Assembly (NCBI RefSeq): GCF_045278745.1
Contig: NZ_CP133811.1
Length of the DNA: 32,000 nt
Reading direction: 5' to 3' (one strand)
Source: Escherichia coli
GTDB lineage: Bacteria; Pseudomonadota; Gammaproteobacteria; Enterobacterales; Enterobacteriaceae
Shown here: positions 21,147 through 30,413 of the stretch, one piece after another
How positions within the stretch are numbered: the first letter of the stretch is position 1
Layout: each line of letters starts with the position of its first letter
Translations under genes and position numbers: made by a program
The notes under the pieces: generated by a model
Told to the model about the DNA's origin: nothing
Database searches by the model: none
The model's input: only the letters and a program-made list of their open reading frames with translations

Positions 21147-21199
21147 AATTGTCTTGGATTGCTGCATGCTTTATTGTGGTGGGAGGAGGACGGCACCAA

Positions 21200-21454
21200 A
21201 TGAAAGACAGATCGCACGACACAGCAATGGCTGAGTGCTTCCGCGCCGATCCGCTTTATGCAGTAGAGCTGCTGACCGAGGTCCGCCGCGAGGGCAACCC
21301 GGCCGAGCTAGCCGTTCTGTTGCGGCAGATGGCCACGGCTTCGGTAGATGCTGTGGGACTGGATGACGCCGAAACGGGCCTGGCGACTAGGGAAGATTTT
21401 CAGGAAGCTATGAGGGCCCTACGTCAAGCATGTGCTAATGATGTTTTGAGGTAA
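21200..21454 (+). CDS. Small protein resembling the N-terminus of addiction-module antidotes
   Basis: 84 aa MKDRSHDTAMAECFRADPLYAVELLTEVRREGNPAELAVLLRQMATASVD..., with GGAGGA upstream; no adjacent toxin gene recognised. Confidence 0.5.
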   Translation: MKDRSHDTAMAECFRADPLYAVELLTEVRREGNPAELAVLLRQMATASVDAVGLDDAETGLATREDFQEAMRALRQACANDVLR

Positions 21455-21741
21455 TGCGCAAATAAAGAAGGGCGGTCACTGGCCGCCTTTTTACTTCTCA
21501 TCATTGGTGACCAGTCTCGGCCTTTCTGGTGGTGTATCGTAGAAACCGTTGTTTTCTGACTATGATCAATGAGTCCTAATCCTAGGCCGTTGCAGTAGGT
21601 TCACTTCATATTATCGCATTCGCCGACATGTTCGTAAAACGGCGGTTTTTGGACAGATCAAAATGGCGCACTTTACCGTCGTAAATGCCGCCTTATAGTG
21701 TTAATATCATTGTCAATTTTTTCAATGTCCCGGATTCTTCC

Positions 21742-22322
21742 ATGAATCAACGCATAGCGTATGCTCGCGTATCGACCGATGATCAGCACCTTGACCTGCA
21801 GCGCGATGCGCTTCGGCAGGTTGAGTGCGGCGTGATCTACGAAGAAGCGGTCAGTGGCCAGAATACCGCGGCCCCGAGCTCGAGCAGTGCCGCAAGGCAC
21901 TGTGGGCAGGTGACACCCTAGTGGTATGGCGGCTGGATCGGCTCGGGCGCAGCCTGCCCGATTTGGTGCAGATCGTAACCGACCTTGAGCAGCGTGGCGT
22001 CGGGTTTGAAAGTTTGATGGAAAAGATTGAAACCGACAGGGCGGCGGGTAAGCTGATCTTCCATGTGTTCGCAGCGCAGGCCGAATTTGAGCGCGGTTTG
22101 ATCCGTGAGCGGACGCAAGCCGGTTTGGCCGCAGCGCGTGCCCGAGGTCGCGCCGGTGGCCGCAAGCCGAAGCTGGACGAACAGCAGTTGCGCGAAATCA
22201 AAGCGCTCTTGCGCGGCCCGCAGATTCAGGTGGCTGATGTGGCGCGACGTTACGACGTCTCTCGCACCACTCTTTACAAGCATGTTGGCATTGTGATGCC
22301 AAAGATAGCCATTAATACCTGA
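21742..22322 (+). pseudogene. Serine resolvase (Tn3/ResG-like), interrupted by a single frameshift
   Basis: MNQRIAYARVSTDDQHLDLQRDALRQVECGVIYEEAVSGQNTA then, after one missing base near 21871, RPELEQCRKALWAGDTLVVWRLDRLGRSLPDLVQIV...GRKPKLDEQQ...VARRYDVSRTTLYKHV. Confidence 0.85.
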
Positions 22323-22458
22323 CATATGAGACAACGTGACAGGTGGTGTCTCTGAAAAATATAGATTCTTATCTCGCTCAATAATTAGCGCCGCTTAAAA
22401 TTAGGAGTTGGTCGCGATGGGCTAGGTTAATGGTAAAAATTCGAATTTAGAGTATTGA

Positions 22459-24483
22459 ATGAAAAAACAAAGTAGTGAATTCAGCGAATTCGTTCTCTTC
22501 TCAGAAGAAGAGGTTCGAGCGCTTGATGCCCGAGTAGTTTTGCGTGATTCGCGGGGCAAGCAGGTGCCTTATGTGGCATGCCTCGTCCGCGACAAGGAAG
22601 TGCAACTCAAGCCCGAGGAACGTACCCGCCAGCTTTGGCTCGCTCGCCTGATCGACAAGCTTGGCTACGCCCGGTCGCGCATTGCCATCGAATACCCGAT
22701 CACCTTTGGGCGCGACAGTTCCAAGCGGGCTGACATCGTGGTGTTCGACTCCGACCGCCCGACCGTCCCCTACATCATCGTCGAGGTTAAGCAGGCTAAG
22801 TATAAGGACGGCAAGGAACAGCTGCGGTCCTATGCCCACGCGACCGGGGCACCCCTTGCCGTGTGGAGTGACGGCATCCTGGCCGAAGTCTGGCACCGCA
22901 AGAACCCCAACTATTTTATGCCGATCCATGAACTGCCCCGTGCAGATCAGACCATTGAACAGGTCGTGGATCAGCCCTGGACCATCCAGACCCTGATTGA
23001 CCTTGAGGAAGAGCGTGTGAAGGAAGGCAAGTTCGCCCGCTCCCTGCGCGACCTGATCGAGGACATGGAAGACGAGGTTCTGGCCAATGCCGGGGTCGAT
23101 GTCTTCGAGGAAGTCTTCAAGCTGATCTTTACCAAGCTTTATGACGAGATGAATTCGCACCGGCTGGGCAATGCCCTGCGATTCCGCAATCAGAACACAG
23201 CGGCGCAACTGAAGGCGGCGATCCAGAACCTGTTCGACGACGCCAAACGCAAATGGCCTGGCGTCTTTCTTGACGATGAACGCATCCGCCTGTCGCCCGA
23301 CCACCTGCAAGTTTGCATCGGCTCGCTGGAAGAATGGAAGCTATTCAACTCCAACCTCGATGTGATCGACGACGCCTTTGAATATCTGGTCTCGAAATCG
23401 TCGAAGGGCGAGAAGGGCCAGTATTTTACCCCCCGCTGGGTCATCGACATGTGCGTCAAGATGATGAACCCGAAAGAGGGCGAGACGGTAATCGATACCG
23501 CCTGCGGCTCAGCAGGTTTCACCGTACACAGCATGTTCCATGTCTGGCGGCAGATCATGCGGGCCATGGGACGCGAAGAAAGCCACCTCTTCACCATGGA
23601 GGCCAAACCGCCGCGGTGCATCGACTACGTGCGCAATAACGTGTTCGCCATCGACTTTGACGAGAAGAGCGTCCGAGTCTCGCGCTGCCTGAACCTGATC
23701 GCGGGGGATGGTGAAACCAACGTCCTGCACTTGAACACGCTCGACTGGACGAAGTGGGACGAGACGGTCAAGCAGGACGACTGGCAGGACACCTATGGCG
23801 ACGGTTGGCGGCGGCTTCGCAAGCTGCGCGAGAACCCGCGCCAGACCGATTACCGCAGCTTCGGCTTTGACGTACTGATGGCGAACCCGCCCTTCGCGGG
23901 GGATATCAAGCAGTCTGACATGCTGTCGCCCTACGACCTTGCCCACAAGAAGAATGGCAAGCTCGAACGCGCGGTGGCCCGCGACCTGCTGTTCATCGAA
24001 CGCAATCTGGACTTCCTCAAGCCCGGTGGGCGAATGGCGATTGTCCTGCCGCAGGGGCGGTTCAACAACTCGTCGGATCAGCGCCTGCGCGAGTTCATCA
24101 TGGAACGTTGCCGCATCCTCGGCGTGGTGGGGCTGCACCCGAACACCTTCAAGCCGCACACCGGCACCAAGACCAGTGTCTTGCTGGTGCAGAAGTGGAA
24201 TGACGATCCGGCCAAGGGGCCGCTATGCCCGAAGGTTGAGGATTACGACATCTTCTTTGCCACGCAGCAGGTGGAAAGCGTCGACAACTCGGGCCGAAAG
24301 GTCTATCGAAAGAACCCGGACGGCACGTTCATGCGCGATACGCACGGCCATTTTGTCGTGTCGCATGATCTGTTCAATCACGACGGCCTGACTGAGGACG
24401 GGATCGCGGAAGCCTTCGAGGAATTCGCCCGCAAGGAGGGCTTCAGTTTTTTTCGGGCCGCCCCTTCGACCAAGGCCGTCTAA
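22459..24483 (+). CDS. Fused HSDR_N-like nuclease + N6-adenine DNA methyltransferase (Type I M-like / Type IIG-like)
   Basis: N-terminus IAIEYPITFGRDSSKRADIVVFDSDRPTVPYIIVEVKQ (PD-(D/E)xK pattern as in HsdR N-termini); C-terminal methylase with GQYFTPRWVIDMCVKM, VIDTACGSAGFTV (motif I) and NPPF (motif IV). Confidence 0.88.
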   Translation: MKKQSSEFSEFVLFSEEEVRALDARVVLRDSRGKQVPYVACLVRDKEVQLKPEERTRQLWLARLIDKLGYARSRIAIEYPITFGRDSSKRADIVVFDSDRPTVPYIIVEVKQAKYKDGKEQLRSYAHATGAPLAVWSDGILAEVWHRKNPNYFMPIHELPRADQTIEQVVDQPWTIQTLIDLEEERVKEGKFARSLRDLIEDMEDEVLANAGVDVFEEVFKLIFTKLYDEMNSHRLGNALRFRNQNTAAQLKAAIQNLFDDAKRKWPGVFLDDERIRLSPDHLQVCIGSLEEWKLFNSNLDVIDDAFEYLVSKSSKGEKGQYFTPRWVIDMCVKMMNPKEGETVIDTACGSAGFTVHSMFHVWRQIMRAMGREESHLFTMEAKPPRCIDYVRNNVFAIDFDEKSVRVSRCLNLIAGDGETNVLHLNTLDWTKWDETVKQDDWQDTYGDGWRRLRKLRENPRQTDYRSFGFDVLMANPPFAGDIKQSDMLSPYDLAHKKNGKLERAVARDLLFIERNLDFLKPGGRMAIVLPQGRFNNSSDQRLREFIMERCRILGVVGLHPNTFKPHTGTKTSVLLVQKWNDDPAKGPLCPKVEDYDIFFATQQVESVDNSGRKVYRKNPDGTFMRDTHGHFVVSHDLFNHDGLTEDGIAEAFEEFARKEGFSFFRAAPSTKAV

Positions 24484-24491
24484 GCGGCCTG

Positions 24492-25883
24492 TTGGAGGGG
24501 CTTGAAGCCACGGTAGTTGAATATTCGGATTGGCGACAGGACAACGACGCGCTGCGGTTGGACAGCGAATACCAACTCAAGGCCCATCGCGCTGCGATTG
24601 AGCTGGTATGCACCTTTGGCGCGCTCCAGTTTAAGGACGACGCCCCTGAGATCATTCATCCGCATGAGATCATTCGTGAATATGTCGAAGAGGACGGCGT
24701 CTGGTTCCTTCGGGCGCAGAATGTCCGTCCTATGCAAATTGACCCACGTAATAAGGTGATGATTTCAGAGGCTGATGCCGACAAGCTGCTCCGCAATGTT
24801 GTGAAACGAGAGGACGTTCTTGTCACCCGAACCGGCGCCAATCGCGGCCAATGTGCGTTCTTTGATCGTGACGAGCGGGCGATAGCATCCTCGCACACTT
24901 TCATCATTCGCCCCAAGACCATTGACCCTGAGTTTCTAACGCTCTTCCTGAACACCGCCCACGGTGTCGCGCAGATTGACAAAGGGGTCTATGGGGCTGC
25001 GCAGCCTGAGGTAGCCCCTTATTACCTTGGGAACATCTGGGTTCCCAAGATTAGTCCAGCCCTTATGACACGGCTAAAGACGGCGTTTTCGAACTCAAAG
25101 GCGCAAGCCGCTAAAGCAGAAGTCGGCATTGGTGAAGCAGAAACGGTCTTGCTTGCCGCCCTCGGTCTTGCCAACTGGACCCCGCCCGAACCGCTTGCTT
25201 ACACCGCCCGCGCGTCGGATGTCTACGTCTCGGGCCGGTTCGATGCCCGCTTTTTTGCCCCGCGTATTCAGGCTTTGCTTGACCTGCTGGCCGTGGACGG
25301 GCGCACCATTGCTGACGTTGCCGCCCCACGGCGCGAAAAGTTCCGCCCCGATGCCTGCGCTTCATTCGACTATATCGAGATCAGCGACATCGACGGAGCC
25401 GGGGCGGCTGCCAGCACCCGCCTTGCATCGGAAGACGCGCCCAGCCGCGCCACATGGCATGTGCGGGCGGGGGACATCATCACCTCCACCGTGCGCCCGA
25501 TCCGCCGCCTGTCGGCCCAGATCACGCCCGAGCAAGAGGGTTTCGTCTGCTCGTCCGGGTTCGTTGTGGTGATGCCCCGCGACATCGCTCCCGAGGTTTT
25601 GCTCACCTATCTGCGCCTGCCAGTGATCTGTGAACTGCTGGACCTGTTTGCCAGCGCCAGCATGTATCCGGCGATCACTGACGCCGACATCTTCAACCTG
25701 CCGCTGCCGCATATCGCGGACGCCGTGACCGATCAAGTGACGCAGAACGTGATTGCCGCGAAGGCCGCTAAGGCACGCGCGGCCAGAATGTTGGAGGCGG
25801 CTAAACGCGCCGTCGAGATTGCGATTGAGAACGGGGAGCCCGCTGCGATGGCCTACCTTGACCAAGTAGAGGGGGCAATCTGA
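24492..25883 (+). CDS. Type I-like restriction-modification specificity subunit (two TRD-like halves)
   Basis: 463 aa from a TTG; halves FLRAQNVRP...NIWVPKISPALM and YIEISDIDG...IFNLPLPHIADAVTDQV typical of HsdS TRD-plus-conserved-region architecture. Confidence 0.8.
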   Translation: MEGLEATVVEYSDWRQDNDALRLDSEYQLKAHRAAIELVCTFGALQFKDDAPEIIHPHEIIREYVEEDGVWFLRAQNVRPMQIDPRNKVMISEADADKLLRNVVKREDVLVTRTGANRGQCAFFDRDERAIASSHTFIIRPKTIDPEFLTLFLNTAHGVAQIDKGVYGAAQPEVAPYYLGNIWVPKISPALMTRLKTAFSNSKAQAAKAEVGIGEAETVLLAALGLANWTPPEPLAYTARASDVYVSGRFDARFFAPRIQALLDLLAVDGRTIADVAAPRREKFRPDACASFDYIEISDIDGAGAAASTRLASEDAPSRATWHVRAGDIITSTVRPIRRLSAQITPEQEGFVCSSGFVVVMPRDIAPEVLLTYLRLPVICELLDLFASASMYPAITDADIFNLPLPHIADAVTDQVTQNVIAAKAAKARAARMLEAAKRAVEIAIENGEPAAMAYLDQVEGAI

Positions 25884-26674
25884 TGGCCCTGCCTCCCCAC
25901 GCCGCCGACTGGATGAACCGCGCCGAAATCGACTACATTGGCCCCTTCGTCAAAGCCTGGGCCGCGTTCAATGCGTGGTTTCGCCATGCCTCGGCACAGG
26001 CGCAAGAACGGGCAATGCTCGACTGGATCAAAGTCCAGCCGAACCCAGTTCGCCGAGGTGTCCTCGCCCTGCTGCGCAATGAGAATGGTATGGCCGAGGC
26101 GCAGGCGCTTAAAATGGCGATCTCCGATCTGCAAATCCGATTGGATGACATCCACTTCGAAGTGACGCGGAAGGGAGTAAATGAGCAAATTTCACTTCGC
26201 AGCGTTTGCATCGCGCCTAAGCATTTCAACCGTGAGCGGATCGAACGCAACGGGCATGAATACAGGGCTGAGAAGATCGCGGGCGGAAACATCCAGATCA
26301 CCGTCACCTCAGTTCGCAATGGAAACGTGAAATTCCAGCACGTTCAGGTGCATTATGAGCCGAACACGATCTATGGCCATGCAGACTTTACTGCGAACCT
26401 CTCTAAAGCCCAGCAAACGACGCTGCGGCAGTTCTATGACGGCTGCAACCCGCGCCCGATGCGCGACCTACTGCGTGGTGGAGCCGAACGCCTGCAAGTC
26501 GGGGCGATGGAGTTTCAGTGCTCCCCTGAAGAGCTATTGTCGGGATTGATTGAAACGATCTACGCCATGCGAAACGCCCTACTACACGGCGAAGTAGACC
26601 CCGACCCGAGGGTACTGTCTTGCTATGAGCCAGCTTATCGGATCGTAATGCTGTTTCTAGGCTGCGTGAGATAA
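25883..26674 (+). CDS. HEPN-like protein associated with the RM module
   Basis: 263 aa; C-terminal LIETIYAMRNALLHGEVDP contains an RNxxxH motif typical of HEPN RNases; the start overlaps the S-subunit stop by one base. Confidence 0.65.
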   Translation: MALPPHAADWMNRAEIDYIGPFVKAWAAFNAWFRHASAQAQERAMLDWIKVQPNPVRRGVLALLRNENGMAEAQALKMAISDLQIRLDDIHFEVTRKGVNEQISLRSVCIAPKHFNRERIERNGHEYRAEKIAGGNIQITVTSVRNGNVKFQHVQVHYEPNTIYGHADFTANLSKAQQTTLRQFYDGCNPRPMRDLLRGGAERLQVGAMEFQCSPEELLSGLIETIYAMRNALLHGEVDPDPRVLSCYEPAYRIVMLFLGCVR

Positions 26675-26789
26675 GCAGGAGATGTACCCTGTGTTCATAT
26701 TTTTTAGATATGGCATTAGTCATGGCATTGATATTTTATTTGATATTTAATCTAAGTAAATTAATATGATATATAGGCAGTTGATAATA

Positions 26790-26801
26790 GAGTGGGAGTG
26801 A
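26790..26801 (+). repeat. Internal att-like core (guaA 3' end), copy 2
   Basis: Exact GAGTGGGAGTGA. Confidence 0.8.
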
Positions 26802-26840
26802 GGCTATTATTTAGCCTATTGTTTTATTTGATTTAGTGAG

Positions 26841-26880
26841 TGCCATTGATGATATGACTGCATTATCAATGGCATTTTTT
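26841..26880 (+). terminator. Terminator just inside unit 2
   Basis: TGCCATTGAT (26841-26850) ... ATCAATGGCA (26865-26874) followed by TTTTTT. Confidence 0.8.
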
Positions 26881-27183
26881 ATGGTTTAAGGCCGACGCTG
26901 AATCGAAGATATAGCAAATACCATGTGACCGTATCAGCAAATGCCATGGTATCGACAACCGGGTGCATTGCAGCGCTGTGCTGATGCCATCGATGCTCGC
27001 TTTGATCAGAACCGCTCTCTCGACCCATGCCCCAGATCGTTAAATATGCGCCAGAGGAGCGCCTCGTGATAGAAATTGTGAACAAGACAGCCGCCACTCG
27101 GAATCGAAGTATCCATATAGGTGAATAAAGTTTGCGGAAAATACGCTGAGAAAATAGAAAAGCGTCAATGAAGGGACATAGGA

Positions 27184-28464
27184 ATGGCGATTAACGGAGA
27201 GAACGGTGTTAGTGCAGTCACCGTGGATGAACTACTCAAGCAAGGCCTTCGGATACCAAACTATCAACGCCCATACAGTTGGGATGTATCGACTGCTCTA
27301 CAACTGGTGGATGATATCAGCGAAGCTCTTCGAGATACCGAACGAAAAGATATTCCCTATGTTTTGGGTGCAATCATTCTTCACGATGATGGTGAGTATC
27401 TCAATGTAGTCGACGGGCAGCAGCGCCTGCTGACTTTGCGAATGATTCTTGCGGCCTTAGATCCGATAAATCATCAAATTTCGATGTCTGGTAACAGCGA
27501 AACTCCTGTCTCCCTAGTTTGGATAGAGCTTCAAAGGCGCCTGTCGCAGTTGGAAGATAAAAAAGAGTTTTTGGATTTTATCTGTCACAAATGTCAGTTG
27601 GTGCGTATTGTGACGGACGATATTGATGAGGCATTTCGTGTCTTTGATTCCCAGAACTATCGCGGCAAACCGCTTGCCCCTCACGACTTGCTCAAAGCAC
27701 ACCACCTGCGCGAAATGCACGATGAGTCCGCTGCTATGAAAGTGGCTGTCGTTGAGGCTTGGGAAGCCGTAAACGATGAGGATCTGGACAGGCTTTTTTC
27801 TACTTTTTTATACCGGATATCCAAGTGGTCACGAGGCGAAAGCTCGCTCGAATTTACTATTCGGGACATCGGCATGTTCAAGGGCATTTCATCACGATCC
27901 CACAGGTCATTTTCGCCAAATCTGCGATATCACCTTGCAGCACAAACCGCTATGCCACTTCTAAGTGCATGGTCGGTATCCTCTACACATGATGCACGAA
28001 ATGCCGGGCGCAGCCGCTTTCAGCTTGATGCCCCGATAATCGCAGGACGCTCATTTTTCGAGATGGTGACATTCATGCTTGACGAATTGAAGATACTGGA
28101 GCAAGAGGTTATTGACAGAGGTTTCAAAAACTTTGGCCCATCTCAAAGTCGCTACCGCTACGTGTACGAATTGTTCATTGCCGCGCTGCTTTGCTATACA
28201 AACAAGTTTGGCGATGAAGATGTAGATGAAGTGCGAAATAGGTTATTCGCATGGGCATATGCCTTGCGGGTCGAGTTACTTCGTGTGCAATTTGTATCTG
28301 CTGACAACCGAGCGCGAGGTAAAAACGATGCAAATAAATCGCCTTTTGTTTTGCTACGTAATGCGATGACTGGAAGTGTTGTCCGCAAACTTCCAATAAC
28401 AAGTAAGCCATACAGCGATAACCACGAAAAGGAACTCGTTGCTTTTATCAAGGGGCTGCAATGA
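27184..28464 (+). CDS. DUF262 (GmrS/ParB-like) domain protein
   Basis: 426 aa; LRIPNYQRPYSWD, LNVVDGQQRLLTLRMIL, FDSQNYRGKPLAPHDLLKAHHLR. Confidence 0.85.
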   Translation: MAINGENGVSAVTVDELLKQGLRIPNYQRPYSWDVSTALQLVDDISEALRDTERKDIPYVLGAIILHDDGEYLNVVDGQQRLLTLRMILAALDPINHQISMSGNSETPVSLVWIELQRRLSQLEDKKEFLDFICHKCQLVRIVTDDIDEAFRVFDSQNYRGKPLAPHDLLKAHHLREMHDESAAMKVAVVEAWEAVNDEDLDRLFSTFLYRISKWSRGESSLEFTIRDIGMFKGISSRSHRSFSPNLRYHLAAQTAMPLLSAWSVSSTHDARNAGRSRFQLDAPIIAGRSFFEMVTFMLDELKILEQEVIDRGFKNFGPSQSRYRYVYELFIAALLCYTNKFGDEDVDEVRNRLFAWAYALRVELLRVQFVSADNRARGKNDANKSPFVLLRNAMTGSVVRKLPITSKPYSDNHEKELVAFIKGLQ

Positions 28465-30413
28465 GCAAGAAGGAGTTGAAACCTGAACTGTTAACAGTAG
28501 GCAAGTTATTCACTGACAATTATCTGATTCCTATTTATCAACGGAACTATGCTTGGCGGGCCGAACAGATTGAGCAACTTATTAGCGATATTCAAGACTC
28601 GGTGGTAGGGGGCCAGGACAACTATTTTCTTGGGAACCTTGTTGTAATCAAGCGGGGTAGAGAGGATGAGTTCGAGGTCATAGATGGACAACAACGACTT
28701 ACAACCCTCTATCTGCTTCTTACCTTCCTGGAGCAAGACGGTGAGGGTGAGAAGCCGTCGGTTGGCCATGCAGGCCACTTGCAATATGAGTCGCGCGCAC
28801 GGGCAACTGAGGCCCTGCTGCGAGTAGCACAGGAGGCGGCTAAGGAGCACGTTCGACCGCAGGGCTCCACGAGTAATGCAGATGCTGGCATTCATGAAGG
28901 CTACAGCATCATCAATCAGTTCTTCAAACAAAATGAAAACCTTAATCGCTCACGCGAAAAATTCTCCGATTTCTTGCTAACGAAGGTGACTGTCGTCCGT
29001 GCCTCGCTGCCACCCAATACCGACCTCAATCGCTACTTCGAGATCATGAACACTCGTGGGCAGCAACTCAAGCAGGTTGATATTGTTAAGGCTCGCCTGA
29101 TGAGCAAACTGCCCAATCAATATGAACGCGAATGCTTTGCGTGGGTTTGGGATTCCTGTGCTGACATGGATTCTTATGTCCAGATGTCTCTGACCCGTGG
29201 TGACACAAGTTTGCGAAACAAAGTATTTGGTGATGAATGGTCCTGGCTGGAGGTGACCAGCTTCTCTTCGCTAATGGAAAGTCGTCCGCAATCCGGCATC
29301 AATTCATCAAGGCAATCCTCCGAAGGGGTATCGTTGTCCTTGGATGAGGCGTTGTCAAAATACGCTAAAGAGCTCGAGTCAAATTCCACTGAAGACGAAG
29401 GCAACGAGCGGTTTCGTTCGACTATTGAGTTTCCGGCCTTTCTGCTACACGTTCTAAGAATTATGAAAGGCGATGAGGTCGAAGACGAAGGCCTGCTTGA
29501 CGACAAGCGCCTCATCAAGTCATTTGACGACGCCGTAAATAATGTACCCGATGCTAAAGCCGATTGGGTGCGTAGTTTTGCATTTATGCTTCTCAAGTGC
29601 CGCAACCTCTTTGATGGCTTCATCTTGAAGCGTCAATTCACGGCAAACATCGGTGACGATGGCGATTGGTCTCTCCAGCGACTGAAAAAAGGAGGCGGGG
29701 ACAAGAAGCCAACCCCGACGTACATCCATGTTTTCTCGGCCAGCAATGGAAGCTTAGAGGAGGACGGGAGTGCTGACCCACATACCCGAGATGTATTGCT
29801 GCTTCAGTCCATGCTTCGGATTACCTACACTTCTCCGCGAACGATGCACTGGATTACCAAAGTTCTTCGCTGGCTCTCCGTTAAAGCCCCTCGAGACGTG
29901 AAACATGCGGATCTTGCCGATTTGTTGAAGGGATATGCCCGCAGCAAGGTTAAAGAGACATTCTCCTTTGAGAAAGATCAGCAACCACAAGGGTTTGGTA
30001 TCAGCCGTATCGTCTTTTCGTATCTCGACTATCTTCTGTTGAGTGACTCCTCAAAACGAGATTTCAAATTTCAGTTCAGAACTTCCATTGAGCACTTCTA
30101 TCCACAGCATCCTGACAAAGAACAGTCGGGCGCGGTTGTTTCAGGTTCTAGCCTTAACCTGCTTGGCAACCTCGCGCTCGTAAGCGTCAGTGCGAACTCA
30201 AAATTCAGCAATAGCCTCCCCAGAGCAAAGGCCGAAAACTTCAAGGATACAATTGAACTTCAAAGTCCCAAGCTCAAGAGAATGGCGGAAATCACCCGAA
30301 ATACAAACTGGGACGATCAGCAGATAACAGCACATCATGAAGCGATGGTGACATTGCTTCGTGATGATGTAAGTCTGTTGGAGGCAAGCGGAAGATCCAA
30401 CCCAGGGCGTTGA
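28461..30413 (+). CDS. DUF262 + DUF1524/HNH-like domain protein (GmrSD-like)
   Basis: 650 aa; YLIPIYQRNYAWR, FEVIDGQQRLTTLYLLL, FEIMNTRGQQLKQVDIVKARLM; C-terminal SIEHFYPQHP...LNLLGNLALVSVSANSKFSNSLPRAKAENF resembles DUF1524. ATGA overlap with previous gene. Confidence 0.85.
   Translation: MSKKELKPELLTVGKLFTDNYLIPIYQRNYAWRAEQIEQLISDIQDSVVGGQDNYFLGNLVVIKRGREDEFEVIDGQQRLTTLYLLLTFLEQDGEGEKPSVGHAGHLQYESRARATEALLRVAQEAAKEHVRPQGSTSNADAGIHEGYSIINQFFKQNENLNRSREKFSDFLLTKVTVVRASLPPNTDLNRYFEIMNTRGQQLKQVDIVKARLMSKLPNQYERECFAWVWDSCADMDSYVQMSLTRGDTSLRNKVFGDEWSWLEVTSFSSLMESRPQSGINSSRQSSEGVSLSLDEALSKYAKELESNSTEDEGNERFRSTIEFPAFLLHVLRIMKGDEVEDEGLLDDKRLIKSFDDAVNNVPDAKADWVRSFAFMLLKCRNLFDGFILKRQFTANIGDDGDWSLQRLKKGGGDKKPTPTYIHVFSASNGSLEEDGSADPHTRDVLLLQSMLRITYTSPRTMHWITKVLRWLSVKAPRDVKHADLADLLKGYARSKVKETFSFEKDQQPQGFGISRIVFSYLDYLLLSDSSKRDFKFQFRTSIEHFYPQHPDKEQSGAVVSGSSLNLLGNLALVSVSANSKFSNSLPRAKAENFKDTIELQSPKLKRMAEITRNTNWDDQQITAHHEAMVTLLRDDVSLLEASGRSNPGR

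Larger units (their letters stand above)
11828..26801. mobile_element. Integrative (probably mobilizable) genomic island in guaA, unit 1
   Basis: Bounded by exact copies of GAGTGGGAGTGA (11828-11839, 26790-26801). Contains integrase, AlpA-like regulator, replication initiator, trbJ/L, resolvase remnant and restriction-like cargo between core genes guaA and yfgI. Confidence 0.88.

Noticed and set aside
22501-25865. Large minus-strand ORFs opposite the methylase and S genes
   Set aside because: Overlap strongly supported plus-strand genes with clear motifs; no domains in antisense translations.
22459-25883. Ordinary complete Type I hsdRMS system
   Set aside because: No SF2-helicase HsdR gene anywhere in the window; only an HSDR_N-like nuclease region fused to the methylase.
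22323-26789. sul2/ISCR2 or arsenic-resistance cargo expected for GIsul2-like islands
   Set aside because: No such ORFs are present; the slot is filled by the restriction-like/HEPN-like module.
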